Source: Paracoccaceae bacterium
Lineage (GTDB): Bacteria; Pseudomonadota; Alphaproteobacteria; Rhodobacterales; Rhodobacteraceae
NCBI GenBank assembly: GCA_041397065.1
Contig: JAWKXG010000012.1
Span: 267-64,266, forward strand
DNA: 64,000 bases
Reading direction: 5' to 3'
Shown piece by piece: positions 1 to 9,090 of the stretch; positions within the stretch are counted from its first letter, which is position 1; every line of letters starts with the position of its first letter. The notes under the pieces were generated by a model. It saw nothing but the letters and a program-made list of their open reading frames with translations. It searched no databases and was not told where the DNA came from. A program made the translations under genes and the position numbers.

Positions 1-27
1 GCAAGCGGATGCTCAGGCGAAAAGCGC

Positions 28-918
28 CTAAAGCCGATAGACCCGCGTTGCCGTGCCGCAAAAGAGCGCGTCGCGCGCGTCCTCGCCCATTTCCGCCGTC
101 AGCGTGTCAAACGCCGACCAGATTCGCCCGTAATCGGCCATCAATCGGTCAACCGGGAAATTCGACCCGAACATCGCGCGTTCCGGCCCGAAACGGTCCA
201 GACAATGCGCGACAAAGGGCCGGATGGAATCGACCGTCCAGCGGTTGTCGACCATGCCGAAACCGCTGATCTTCATCACGGTGTTCGGGCAGTCGGACAG
301 AAGGGCCACAGCCTCGCGCCAGCCCGCCAGATTGGCCTCGTCGCGTTCGGCGGGCATCAGCGCGTGGTCGAGGATGATCGTCGTTTCGGGATGCGCATGA
401 GCCAGTTCGGCGAGGGCCTTTGCCTGCTGGTGATAGATCTGCGCGTCGAACGACAGGCCATGATCAGCCAAGGCTGCGAACCCCCGTCGCCATTGCGATT
501 CGGCCAGATAATCGCGCGGGGCGCGGTTCAGGCGGGGGTCTTCATGGCGGTTCAGCACCTGCCGAATGCCCCGCACCCCGTCAAAGGCGCAATGCGCCGC
601 AATAACGTCGCGCGCGTTCTCTGCTGACAGGTCGGCGAAGGCAACAATGGCGCCAGGCAGACCGGTGTTCGCCGCGACCTCGGCCAGCCAGCGGGTCTCA
701 CCCACCGGGTCGGCGGGGTCCCAATTGGCCTGAACATGCACTGAGTTCAGCAATTCCAGCCCTGCCGCCGCAGCCTCGGCGCGCAGGTGTTCGACATTGA
801 ACGTGCGTTTGAGCGACGACAGGTCACCCCAACCCCGGTCGTGATCCTCGGGCTTGTTCCACGGATAGGCGTTGCGTTCGAGATCCCAGAGGTGGTGATG
901 GCTGTCGACGATCTGCAC
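28..918 (-). CDS. Amidohydrolase family protein (amidohydro_2; lactonase-like)
   Basis: N-terminal IVDSHHHLW metal-binding motif, LDH, and C-terminal FGSNFPVD. GTG start at 918 follows an AAGGA RBS; the ORF track extends further upstream. Confidence 0.85.
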   Translation of the reverse strand: MQIVDSHHHLWDLERNAYPWNKPEDHDRGWGDLSSLKRTFNVEHLRAEAAAAGLELLNSVHVQANWDPADPVGETRWLAEVAANTGLPGAIVAFADLSAENARDVIAAHCAFDGVRGIRQVLNRHEDPRLNRAPRDYLAESQWRRGFAALADHGLSFDAQIYHQQAKALAELAHAHPETTIILDHALMPAERDEANLAGWREAVALLSDCPNTVMKISGFGMVDNRWTVDSIRPFVAHCLDRFGPERAMFGSNFPVDRLMADYGRIWSAFDTLTAEMGEDARDALFCGTATRVYRL

Positions 919-973
919 GATGCGTTCCTTTGCGGCGCCTTTGCTGTCTGTTGCAGCATGTTTGTGCATTTTA

Positions 974-989
974 AGATTGTCAACAATCT
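974..989. promoter_or_regulatory. Inverted repeat AGATTGT-CA-ACAATCT, probable GntR/FadR-type operator in a divergent promoter
   Basis: 7-2-7 inverted repeat in the AT-rich spacer between the divergent amidohydrolase and quinone oxidoreductase genes. Confidence 0.55.
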
Positions 990-1036
990 GTAATGTTGGC
1001 ACGATGCCCCCAAATCAAGCGCACAGGACCATACGG

Positions 1037-2056
1037 ATGAAAGCACTTCTCAGCCAGACACCGGGCGGCCCCGAAACCCTGACCTTGGTCGACACCCCCG
1101 CGATCGCCCCGGGCAAGGGCGAGGTGGCGATCAGGGTTGCGGCTGTCGGCCTGAACTACCCCGATCTGTTGATCATCCGCGACCTGTATCAGTTCAAGCC
1201 GCCGCGCCCCTTTGCGCCGGGATCCGAATGCGCCGGGGTAATCGAAGCGATTGGCGAAGGTGTCGAAGGCGTGAAACCGGGCGACCGTGTCCTTGCCGTG
1301 ACGGGCTGGGGCGCGCTGGCTGAGCGCGTCGTGACGGCAGCGGCAGGGCGGATCATGCGGATTCCCGATGCAATGCCCTTCACCGATGCCGCGGCTTTCC
1401 TGATGACCTATGGCACGTCGTATCATGCCCTGTCGGCACGCGCCGCCCTCAAACCGGGCGAGACCCTGCTGGTGCTGGGCGCGGCAGGTGGCGTCGGGCT
1501 GGCGGCCGTCGAATTGGGCAAGGCGCTCGGTGCGAGGGTCGTTGCGGCCTGTTCGTCTCAGGCCAAGCTCGACATCGCGTTGGCGGCGGGTGCGGATGAC
1601 GGCATCGTCTATCCCGCCAGCGTCGATGGCAAAGACGATTCGCGCGCACTGGCCGAAGCGTTCAAGGCGCTTTGCGGAAAAGACGGCGCGAATGTCATCT
1701 ATGATCCCGTGGGCGGCGGCTATGCCGAGCCGGCCCTGCGCGCGATCGCATGGGAAGGGCGCTATCTGGTCGTCGGCTTCCCTGCGGGCATCGCCAACCT
1801 GCCCATGAATTTGCCACTGCTCAAGGCGTGCAGCGTGATCGGCGTGTTCTGGGGGGCCAGCGTGCAGCGCGATCCAGCCGGGCATCACCGCGCCGTGCAA
1901 GAGCTGTTCAAACTGTATGAACAGGGTCGCATCCGGCCCAATCCGCAGATCGTCGCCGGGCTGGCGGCCGCGCCCGCCGCGCTCGAGGCGCTTGCAGCGC
2001 GCAAGGTCGCAGGAAAGCTGGTCGTCGATCTGCAAGGCCGCGACGGCAAGCCATGA
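1037..2056 (+). CDS. NADPH:quinone oxidoreductase family (zeta-crystallin/MDR)
   Basis: GLNYPD, PGSECAG and GAAGGVG nucleotide-binding motifs; C-terminal GKLVV. Confidence 0.9.
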   Translation: MKALLSQTPGGPETLTLVDTPAIAPGKGEVAIRVAAVGLNYPDLLIIRDLYQFKPPRPFAPGSECAGVIEAIGEGVEGVKPGDRVLAVTGWGALAERVVTAAAGRIMRIPDAMPFTDAAAFLMTYGTSYHALSARAALKPGETLLVLGAAGGVGLAAVELGKALGARVVAACSSQAKLDIALAAGADDGIVYPASVDGKDDSRALAEAFKALCGKDGANVIYDPVGGGYAEPALRAIAWEGRYLVVGFPAGIANLPMNLPLLKACSVIGVFWGASVQRDPAGHHRAVQELFKLYEQGRIRPNPQIVAGLAAAPAALEALAARKVAGKLVVDLQGRDGKP

Positions 2057-2146
2057 ACCATGCTCTCGCACCCCGACAGGGGGTGGGGACACCAATCAAC
2101 AGGGGACGCGCCCGCAGGGTCGCGCCCCGTATCAGGGAGGAAGACA

Positions 2147-3160
2147 ATGACCATCAGGAAAATGCTTGCCGGAACGGCGCTTGGCTTGGCCGGCACTCTG
2201 GCCTTCAGCGTGCCGGGGCAGGCGCAGCAAGCCCTCAAATTCGCGACCGTCACGCCGGAAGGGTCGGTGTGGTATGCGATGATGACCAATTTCCGCGACC
2301 TCGTGGCGCAGCATTCCGAAGGTGCGTTGTCGGTCGAACTGTTCCCCGGTGGGCAACTGGGCGCGCAAGACGCGACGCTGTCGCAGGCGCTGCGTGGCCG
2401 GATCGAGATCTGGTCGGGCGGCATCGTCGCTTTGGCCGCAATCAAGCCCGAACTTTCGCCGCTGCTGTTCCCCGGCGTCTTCCAGTCCGATGCGCAGGCC
2501 TCGTGCATGTTGCCACTGCTGGAGGAGCCGACCCGCGAAGTTCTGGCCGATGTCGGCTATTTCGCTGGCTTCGTGCCGCTGGGCTGGAACAACATGGCCT
2601 CGGTCAACGAACTGGGCAGTCTGGATGATGTCGCCGGGCAGAACATGCGTTCGCTGCCGATCCCGGTTGCGGTGCAGTTCTGGCAGGCGATGGGCACCAC
2701 GCCCGTGCCGTTGGACACGGCCGAAACTGCATCGGCCCTGTCGACGGGCATGGTGACGCTGGTCGATACGGCGATGGCCTTCTGGGTGGCGACGGGTCAT
2801 GCGGAATTGGCGCCGCACTACTACCTGACACAGCATAACTATAACGTCGGTGCCGTGCTGGTGGGTGGTCGCACATGGGAAGGCCTTGCCGAAGGCCCGC
2901 GCGCGGCGCTCGCGCAGGCCAGCGACGAAGGTTGGGACTGGGCGCGCCTGAATGCGATGTATTCCGGCTTCGAGGCCCGTTTGACCGAGATCGCCGGGTC
3001 GCAAGGCGCCACCATCCACGAACTGTCGGCCGAGGATCGCGCGCGCGTTCAGGCCGCCGGCCAGGCATTATGGGAGCCGCTGCTGGCGGAATTGGGTGAC
3101 GGTGCCCGGGCCTATCTGGACACGATGCTGGCGGTGCGCGAGACCTGTCCGGCCGAATAA
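2147..3160 (+). CDS. dctP: TRAP transporter substrate-binding protein
   Basis: Signal peptide, LKFATVTPEGS and FPGGQLG motifs, GGAGG RBS; followed by small and large TRAP permeases. Confidence 0.85.
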   Translation: MTIRKMLAGTALGLAGTLAFSVPGQAQQALKFATVTPEGSVWYAMMTNFRDLVAQHSEGALSVELFPGGQLGAQDATLSQALRGRIEIWSGGIVALAAIKPELSPLLFPGVFQSDAQASCMLPLLEEPTREVLADVGYFAGFVPLGWNNMASVNELGSLDDVAGQNMRSLPIPVAVQFWQAMGTTPVPLDTAETASALSTGMVTLVDTAMAFWVATGHAELAPHYYLTQHNYNVGAVLVGGRTWEGLAEGPRAALAQASDEGWDWARLNAMYSGFEARLTEIAGSQGATIHELSAEDRARVQAAGQALWEPLLAELGDGARAYLDTMLAVRETCPAE

Positions 3161-3220
3161 TCCGGCACAAGACTGGCGGGGCGCATTCGTGCCTCGCCCC
3201 CGACCGGACAGGAGAACCCG

Positions 3221-3724
3221 ATGGAAGCGCTGGCCGCCCGGCTGCTGGGATGGCTGACCAAGGCCGAGATCGCCGTGGTCGTGTTGTCCTTTGCCGCGAT
3301 GACCCTGCTGTTGCTGGCCGATGTCATCGGCCGCGAGATATTCGCGCGCGGAATATTCGGGGCCAGCGCGGTGGCGCTGTATTTCCTGATCCTTGCAGCA
3401 ATGCTGTCTTTTGATCTTGCCACCGGGCGCGACGCCCATTTGCGCCCCACGGTGTTCGATGCGCTGCTGCCTGCAGCATGGGAAACGGGCCTAAGACGGG
3501 TCGGGCATGTGCTGGGGGCGGCAATCGCGTTGGTGGTGCTGGTCGCCTGCTGGCGCTTCATCGCCGAGACGCGTTTTTTCAACGAAACGAACCCGACGAT
3601 CCGGCTGCCATTGTGGCCGATGCAGGTGCCGCTGGCCGTCGGTTTCGGCCTCAGCGCGGTTCGTCATCTTCTCTATGCCGCGTTGCCGGGGCTGGCGCCT
3701 GTGCGGGCAGGGGTGTCGGAATGA
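3221..3724 (+). CDS. dctQ: TRAP transporter small permease
   Basis: 167 aa, about 4 hydrophobic segments, located between dctP and dctM. Confidence 0.8.
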   Translation: MEALAARLLGWLTKAEIAVVVLSFAAMTLLLLADVIGREIFARGIFGASAVALYFLILAAMLSFDLATGRDAHLRPTVFDALLPAAWETGLRRVGHVLGAAIALVVLVACWRFIAETRFFNETNPTIRLPLWPMQVPLAVGFGLSAVRHLLYAALPGLAPVRAGVSE

Positions 3725-4977
3725 CCGGCGTTCTGATCATCGGCGTGCTGGTCGCGCTGTTGGCGCTGCGCGTCAATCTTGTCTGGGCGCTGATCGCGGG
3801 TGCGCTGCTGCTGCAGATGACCCATGGGGCAGGAGAGCTGTCCTATTTCGCGCAGGATGTATGGGCGGCGATGGACCGGCAAGTTCTGCTGGCAATTCCG
3901 CTTTTCGTGCTGGTTGGCCAGATCATGGCGCGCGGGTCCATCGCGGCGCGGCTGGTGCGGGTGCTGGTGGCGCTGACCGGGCATCTGCCGGGCGGGCTGG
4001 CCATGGCGACGATCCTCAGTTGTGCGGTGTTCTCGGCCATTTCGGGCTCGTCCATCGTCACCATGCTGGCAGTAGGGTCGGTGCTGTATCCGGCGCTGAC
4101 GAAAAACGGCTATTCCTCCAGCTTCGCCATCGGGGCGCTGTGCGCGGGCGGCACACTGGGTATCGTGATTCCGCCGTCGGTGCCGATGATCCTCTATGGG
4201 ATCATCACCGAAAGCTCGATCGTGCGGCTGTTCAAGGCGGGCGTCGGCCCGGGCATCCTGCTGACACTGGTGTTCACCGTCTATGCCGTGGCTGTCAATC
4301 TGGACAAACCGCGTCTGGCATTCCGCTGGGCCGAACTGGGTGGGGCGATCAAGGACGGCTTTTTTGCCATCCTGATGCCGGTGATCCTGTTGGGCGGGAT
4401 CTACTCGGGGCACTACAGCCCGACTGAATCCGCCGCCGTCGCCATCGGCTATGCCGTGCTGGTCGAGGTGCTGGTTTACCGCGAGATGAAGCCCCGTGAC
4501 TTCGTGCAGACCATCGTGCAGTCGGGCGTTCTGGTTGGCACGCTGTTCCCGTTGCTGGCGGTTGCGGCCTCGGTCAATGCGGTGCTGGTGGAAAATCAGG
4601 TGCCGCGCTTGATGATCGACGCGGCGCTATCGCATGTCGAAAGCCCGATGGTCTTCATGCTGGTTGTCAACGCGCTGCTGCTGGTGGTCGGGTGCTTCAT
4701 GGATACAGGGTCGGCCATCGTCATCATGGCCCCGATCCTCAAGATCATGGCGCAGGCCTATGGGTTCAGCGATACGCATCTGGGGATCATCATGATCCTG
4801 AACCTCGAGATCGGCATCCTGACACCGCCGTTCGGGCTGAACCTGATCGTCGCGATGACCGCCTTCAACGAGAAGTTCGGCGTGATCGTGCGCGCGGTCA
4901 TCCCGTGGATATTGCTCATGCTGGCTTGCTTGATGCTGGTGATCCTGTTTCCCTGGATCGCGATGGGGCTGGTCTGA
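3721..4977 (+). CDS. dctM: TRAP transporter large permease
   Basis: LLAIPLF, GTLGIVIPPS, SPTESA and LTPPFGLNL motifs; ATGA overlap with dctQ. Confidence 0.92.
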   Translation: MTGVLIIGVLVALLALRVNLVWALIAGALLLQMTHGAGELSYFAQDVWAAMDRQVLLAIPLFVLVGQIMARGSIAARLVRVLVALTGHLPGGLAMATILSCAVFSAISGSSIVTMLAVGSVLYPALTKNGYSSSFAIGALCAGGTLGIVIPPSVPMILYGIITESSIVRLFKAGVGPGILLTLVFTVYAVAVNLDKPRLAFRWAELGGAIKDGFFAILMPVILLGGIYSGHYSPTESAAVAIGYAVLVEVLVYREMKPRDFVQTIVQSGVLVGTLFPLLAVAASVNAVLVENQVPRLMIDAALSHVESPMVFMLVVNALLLVVGCFMDTGSAIVIMAPILKIMAQAYGFSDTHLGIIMILNLEIGILTPPFGLNLIVAMTAFNEKFGVIVRAVIPWILLMLACLMLVILFPWIAMGLV

Positions 4978-5019
4978 CGCCACTTTGTGCCGCTTGACAG
5001 AATCGCGCGTCGGTGGAAC

Positions 5020-5037
5020 GGTTTCTGAATTGAAACC
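5020..5037. promoter_or_regulatory. Inverted repeat GGTTTC-N6-GAAACC downstream of a TTGACA hexamer; possible operator
   Basis: Seen directly, upstream of the 5053-7605 gene run. Its function is inferred. Confidence 0.35.
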
Positions 5038-5052
5038 TATGGAATTGCATTG

Positions 5053-5553
5053 ATGTCCTTGAAAACCCTGTCGCTGGCCGCGTGGCTGGCCTTGGCACCT
5101 GTGCCGGCCTTGTGCGAACAAATCGGCGAGCTGTCGCTAACCATCGGATCGCGGGCCCAGACGCGACCGGTCACCGATGACCTTGCCGGGGTCGATACGT
5201 GGTGGAATGTCGGCGCGGTATCTATCCACGTCGTCGGCGCTGCGGGCGGCACGATACTGCTGACCTTCGGCGAAGACGGCACGGGCCCGGCCCGCTATCC
5301 CCATCTGAACATCACCGCCGCCGACGGCAGCCTATGGCAGGATGTCGACGGCTCGATGCGCGTGCAGATCACCCGCGCCGATAATATTCCCCCCCATTTT
5401 TCGATCGCTGGCCACTTTGAAGGTCGGATCGAGCCCGTCGCCGGCGGGACCTCGCATCCCGTTTCGGGCCGTTTCGATGTGGTGCTGCCGCGCCAGAATT
5501 TCGCGCCAACCCCCGGGCCGGATGCGGTGCTCGATTCTGGGCCGGGAAACTAG
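5053..5553 (+). CDS. Hypothetical secreted protein
   Basis: Signal-peptide-like N-terminus (MSLKTLSLAAWLALAPVPALC) and beta-rich body. Confidence 0.65.
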   Translation: MSLKTLSLAAWLALAPVPALCEQIGELSLTIGSRAQTRPVTDDLAGVDTWWNVGAVSIHVVGAAGGTILLTFGEDGTGPARYPHLNITAADGSLWQDVDGSMRVQITRADNIPPHFSIAGHFEGRIEPVAGGTSHPVSGRFDVVLPRQNFAPTPGPDAVLDSGPGN

Positions 5554-5567
5554 GGCAAGGGTTCGGC

Positions 5568-6269
5568 ATGATCGCTTTTCAGGTGCAGACGGCTGAAGGG
5601 GTGAACTGGCTGGGCCTGGGTGGCTTTGCGCTGATCCTTTGCCTGTTTGGTGTCTTGTTCCTGTGGTTCGCCGTCCTGCCTGCCCGACGCGAGGGGCAGG
5701 CACTGGCCGACCTTGGACAACGCCGAGGCTGGCGCATTGAGCGCATCGCTGCGTCGGGCGGAAAACCGACCCGCATCCGGTTCGAACCGGGCAGCGGCGA
5801 CGATTGGCAGGCCGAGATCACGCGGTATCAAAACGGCAATGTGCAGATCCGCGGCATGACGGTGCACCTGAACGGCCTGCGCGTTGCCGAGGGCCTTGTC
5901 GTGATTGGCCCGGCCATCGACGCCGGTCCTGCCGTTGAAGCCTTTGCATCGCTGGGCGGCGGCTTCGCGGGGGCGCTGTTGCGCGGTGTCGACGACCCTG
6001 CCGTCACGCGTCACCTGTCAAGGTTGCGGGCGGTTGACGAGGCGAGGTTCGCGGGGGTCACGGTATTGGGCACCGATCCGGCCGAGGCCCTGCGAATTTC
6101 CGCCCACTGTGCTCCGGCCCTGACGGCGTGGCTTGGGCACGAGGCGGCGCCGGTCGTCATCGTGACAACTGAAGGCGCCCGCCTGCGTTGGCGCGAAAAT
6201 CCGTCGATTGCCCTGGCCGAGGCTCTGATCGACCTCGGGCAGGCGATGGCGCGCGGGGCCGCTGGATGA
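5568..6269 (+). CDS. Hypothetical membrane-anchored protein
   Basis: Single N-terminal TM helix; ATGA overlap with the next gene. Confidence 0.65.
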   Translation: MIAFQVQTAEGVNWLGLGGFALILCLFGVLFLWFAVLPARREGQALADLGQRRGWRIERIAASGGKPTRIRFEPGSGDDWQAEITRYQNGNVQIRGMTVHLNGLRVAEGLVVIGPAIDAGPAVEAFASLGGGFAGALLRGVDDPAVTRHLSRLRAVDEARFAGVTVLGTDPAEALRISAHCAPALTAWLGHEAAPVVIVTTEGARLRWRENPSIALAEALIDLGQAMARGAAG

Positions 6270-6700
6270 CCGGGCGCGGTTTCGTTCGCCGCCCGTTCAA
6301 CCCGCTTCGGGTTTTGTGGTTTTCACGCATGTGGATCGCGCTGGCCTTGCTGGCGCTGGCCAGCGTCCTCACCTTTGTCGCCGAGGGCACGCCCCTCTAT
6401 GCCAAGGTGATCCTGTTCGGTGGCGGCACGATCATGGGTGCCCTGCGCGCGCGGGATACGGTTTCCATGTGGCGCGCGGCGCGCAGTGGCGAGGTGCGTC
6501 AAGCCGTCGTCACGGGGCACAGCGAGACCAACTGGCGAAGCGACGGATTCCCGCTGCGCCGTCTGAACTGGCAGGATGCCGTGGGCGCAAAGGGACATTG
6601 GGGCCCGGCCCGCGCCGATACCCTGCCGCGCGCGGGCACCCGGATCATCGTCTATGCCGATCCGGTCAGCGGCCGCACATGGTGGGAGGACAAGCTGTGA
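6266..6700 (+). CDS. Membrane protein with one C-terminal DUF3592-like beta domain
   Basis: Two TM helices, then a VTG..W.D..G..G..P..G..I.V..DP..G..WWE motif; coupled start/stop codons on both sides. Confidence 0.6.
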   Translation: MTGRGFVRRPFNPLRVLWFSRMWIALALLALASVLTFVAEGTPLYAKVILFGGGTIMGALRARDTVSMWRAARSGEVRQAVVTGHSETNWRSDGFPLRRLNWQDAVGAKGHWGPARADTLPRAGTRIIVYADPVSGRTWWEDKL

Positions 6701-7605
6701 CGACCAGAAATGCCGATGGTTTCCTGCCGCTGGTGATGATGCGCCCGCCATGGCTCGCGATCGGGGTCGCGATTGTTGCGGTGCTGGCCTCGCAGGCGCC
6801 CGACCCGACAGCGGTCGATGCCACCGGCCAATCGCTGCGGATTCTTGCTTTGCCGCTGGCGGCGCTTGCGGCGGCACTGGCGTTGCCGACGGTGCTGCGT
6901 GTCCTGTCGCAGCGTCGGGCCTTGCAGGGTGGTCACTGGATCAAGGCAAAGGTCACCGGGGTCGAGGTTTTGCGCAGCGGTGCCATGTTGCCGCGCCACC
7001 GCATCCTGTGGACCGATCCCGATGGCAGGGCTGGGCGTTCGCTCGTGATCACAAAGCGCTGGGTGCCGCCCAAGGGCTCGACGATCCGCGTTCTGCAAGA
7101 CGACCGCAGCGCAAGGCAATGGTGGGAAGGTGATCTTCCCGGCGCGCTGCCCGCCCCCGACGAAGGAACGCCCGCGCCTTCGATCCTGCCATCCATGCTG
7201 GTCATGATGTCTTGGCCCTCGAGCTGGATCGCCCTGTTCGCCGCTGCTTGTGCTGCCCTTCTGGCCTTTGCAGGGACGCCCGGCCTGTTGGTCTGGCCGC
7301 TGATCGTGATCGTCGCGCTGGCCGGGAATGCGGTGCTGAGGCAGTGGCGCGCGCTGGTTCGGGCGCTGCGGTTCGGCAAACGGATCAACGGCAAGGTGAC
7401 GGGCCATTTCGCGGCCCCGGTAAGTTCGGTCGGGCGAATTTCCAGCCGGGGGCCGCGCGGGGCGGCGATGCGTTGGGAAACGAAATCGGGGCATTTCGGC
7501 GAAACCGATTACGTGGCGCATGATCGCGTCGTGGCCATCGGCCAGAGCATCCCGCTGCGCGTCGATCCGATTACCGGCATCACCTTCTGGGAAGGCTCAG
7601 CGTAG
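6697..7605 (+). CDS. Membrane protein with two tandem (2TM + DUF3592-like) repeats
   Basis: GTG start overlaps the previous TGA. Two internal repeats end in WWEGDL and FWEGSA. Confidence 0.6.
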   Translation: MTTRNADGFLPLVMMRPPWLAIGVAIVAVLASQAPDPTAVDATGQSLRILALPLAALAAALALPTVLRVLSQRRALQGGHWIKAKVTGVEVLRSGAMLPRHRILWTDPDGRAGRSLVITKRWVPPKGSTIRVLQDDRSARQWWEGDLPGALPAPDEGTPAPSILPSMLVMMSWPSSWIALFAAACAALLAFAGTPGLLVWPLIVIVALAGNAVLRQWRALVRALRFGKRINGKVTGHFAAPVSSVGRISSRGPRGAAMRWETKSGHFGETDYVAHDRVVAIGQSIPLRVDPITGITFWEGSA

Positions 7606-9081
7606 CACCAGTTCCCGTGTCTTGCGTTGCGACGGCGTCAGCCGGTCAAGCGAGCGGCACAGCTCGTCATAGACCGCGCGGATCTCCAACCCTTCGCCAA
7701 CCCCGCCAAGCGCGGCGATGGCGGCGCGATACTGCCGGAACTGCCGGTGCATCGCATCAGGCCTGCCCATGACGTGAAAGACTCGCATGGCCTCGGCGTT
7801 GGCGGCCTCGTTCGTGGGGTCGATGGCAACGGCCCGCTGCGCCCAGTGCAGGGCCTCGCCATAGCGACGATAGCGGCGCAGCAGTTTCGACAGGTCGAAA
7901 TGCACGCGCATCGCCATTTCCCGCAGCCATGTGCGGCGCGGCATGATCCAGTCTTCGGTTTCGGTCACAAGATAGGACAGCGGCAGATCTTCGAACAGAT
8001 CGCCGGCATAGAGCCTCTCGGCCTCGAAATAGATCGACAGGGCCGCATCCTCGTGCCCATGGCGTGCCAGAGACAGGGCGCGGCGGCAAAGCTGTTCGAA
8101 CGAGGTGATGTCCACGAGGCTGCCCTCGGGGACGTTCAGGCGATAATAATCGCCATTGCGCAAGACCGCGTCGCGGTCGCCCAGAGCCTTGCGCAGCATG
8201 GTCACGGTATGATGCAGGCGCGCGCGCTTGGTCTTTTCGGGCTCGGGCCCTTGCCAGAGCAATTCGCAGATCTGGTCGGCCTGCGCCCCCTTGTCGCCCG
8301 CGTTCAGCAAATAGGCGAACAGTGTTTTTGTCTTGCGCGGGGCGCCGCTCATCGCCTGCCAATCGACCTCGCGCGTGCCGTCCAGAAAGACGCGCAAGGG
8401 GCCCAGACAATGGATATGCCAGCGCCCCCGCTGTCCGGGCGCACCCAGCGAGACGCGTTCCTCGTCCAGCCAATGGGGCGAGGCGCCCCGCGCCGCCGCC
8501 TTGTCGAAGGTGCGAAAGAAGCTTTGGCCCGCGAAATCGGGGACCACGCGGCCCAGCATGAAGCCAAGCTGTTCGTCCAGCGTCGAGGCTGTCAGCAGGT
8601 CGCGCGGCAGCCAGTAAGGGTTTTCATACAGTCCCGACGGCGCGATGAATTGCTGGTGCGCCCGCAGTGCGGTTTGCAGTTGTTCCTCGATCAGCTTATC
8701 CTGATCATACAGCGACACGACAGACACGCCGCAATCGGCGGCAACCTGTTCCGCCACGACGCCCCAGCTTTCGATCAGCCCGACACCCAGCATCGCCTTG
8801 AGCGCCCAGCCCATGTCCACAAGGACCGACCGCGTCGCCGGGTTGTCGGCCAGCCATGCACGCAGGCGCGCAAGGGTCTCGGCCCCGTCGAACGGCAGGG
8901 CGGCAAGGCCGAAGGCGTGATAGGGCAAGCGCGGCACTTCGCGGGCAAAGATACTTTCGGCGCCAATCAGGACAGGCGTGGGGGCCACGCCTTCCAGTGC
9001 GCGCCGGATGAAATCGGGCTCGGCCGGCATGCAGAACAGCGCCGCATTGATTTCTGACGGAGCAGGGGCTGGCAGTTTCAT
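7597..9081 (-). CDS. MEDS-sensor / winged-helix / BTAD (SARP-like) transcriptional regulator, paralog 2
   Basis: MEDS-like segment VDMGW..VVSLYD..LRAH..GLYENPYWLP; IHCLGPLRV and LFAYLL..LW wHTH; DITSFE..LYAGDLF..W..R BTAD/TPR. Confidence 0.75.
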   Translation of the reverse strand: MKLPAPAPSEINAALFCMPAEPDFIRRALEGVAPTPVLIGAESIFAREVPRLPYHAFGLAALPFDGAETLARLRAWLADNPATRSVLVDMGWALKAMLGVGLIESWGVVAEQVAADCGVSVVSLYDQDKLIEEQLQTALRAHQQFIAPSGLYENPYWLPRDLLTASTLDEQLGFMLGRVVPDFAGQSFFRTFDKAAARGASPHWLDEERVSLGAPGQRGRWHIHCLGPLRVFLDGTREVDWQAMSGAPRKTKTLFAYLLNAGDKGAQADQICELLWQGPEPEKTKRARLHHTVTMLRKALGDRDAVLRNGDYYRLNVPEGSLVDITSFEQLCRRALSLARHGHEDAALSIYFEAERLYAGDLFEDLPLSYLVTETEDWIMPRRTWLREMAMRVHFDLSKLLRRYRRYGEALHWAQRAVAIDPTNEAANAEAMRVFHVMGRPDAMHRQFRQYRAAIAALGGVGEGLEIRAVYDELCRSLDRLTPSQRKTRELVLR

Positions 9082-9090
9082 GGCGTAAGT

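Noticed and set aside
1037-2056. Possible acuI (acrylyl-CoA reductase), given the DMSP genes in the window
   Set aside because: Motifs fit the generic quinone-oxidoreductase subfamily rather than AcuI/YhdH, and it lies far from the dmd genes.
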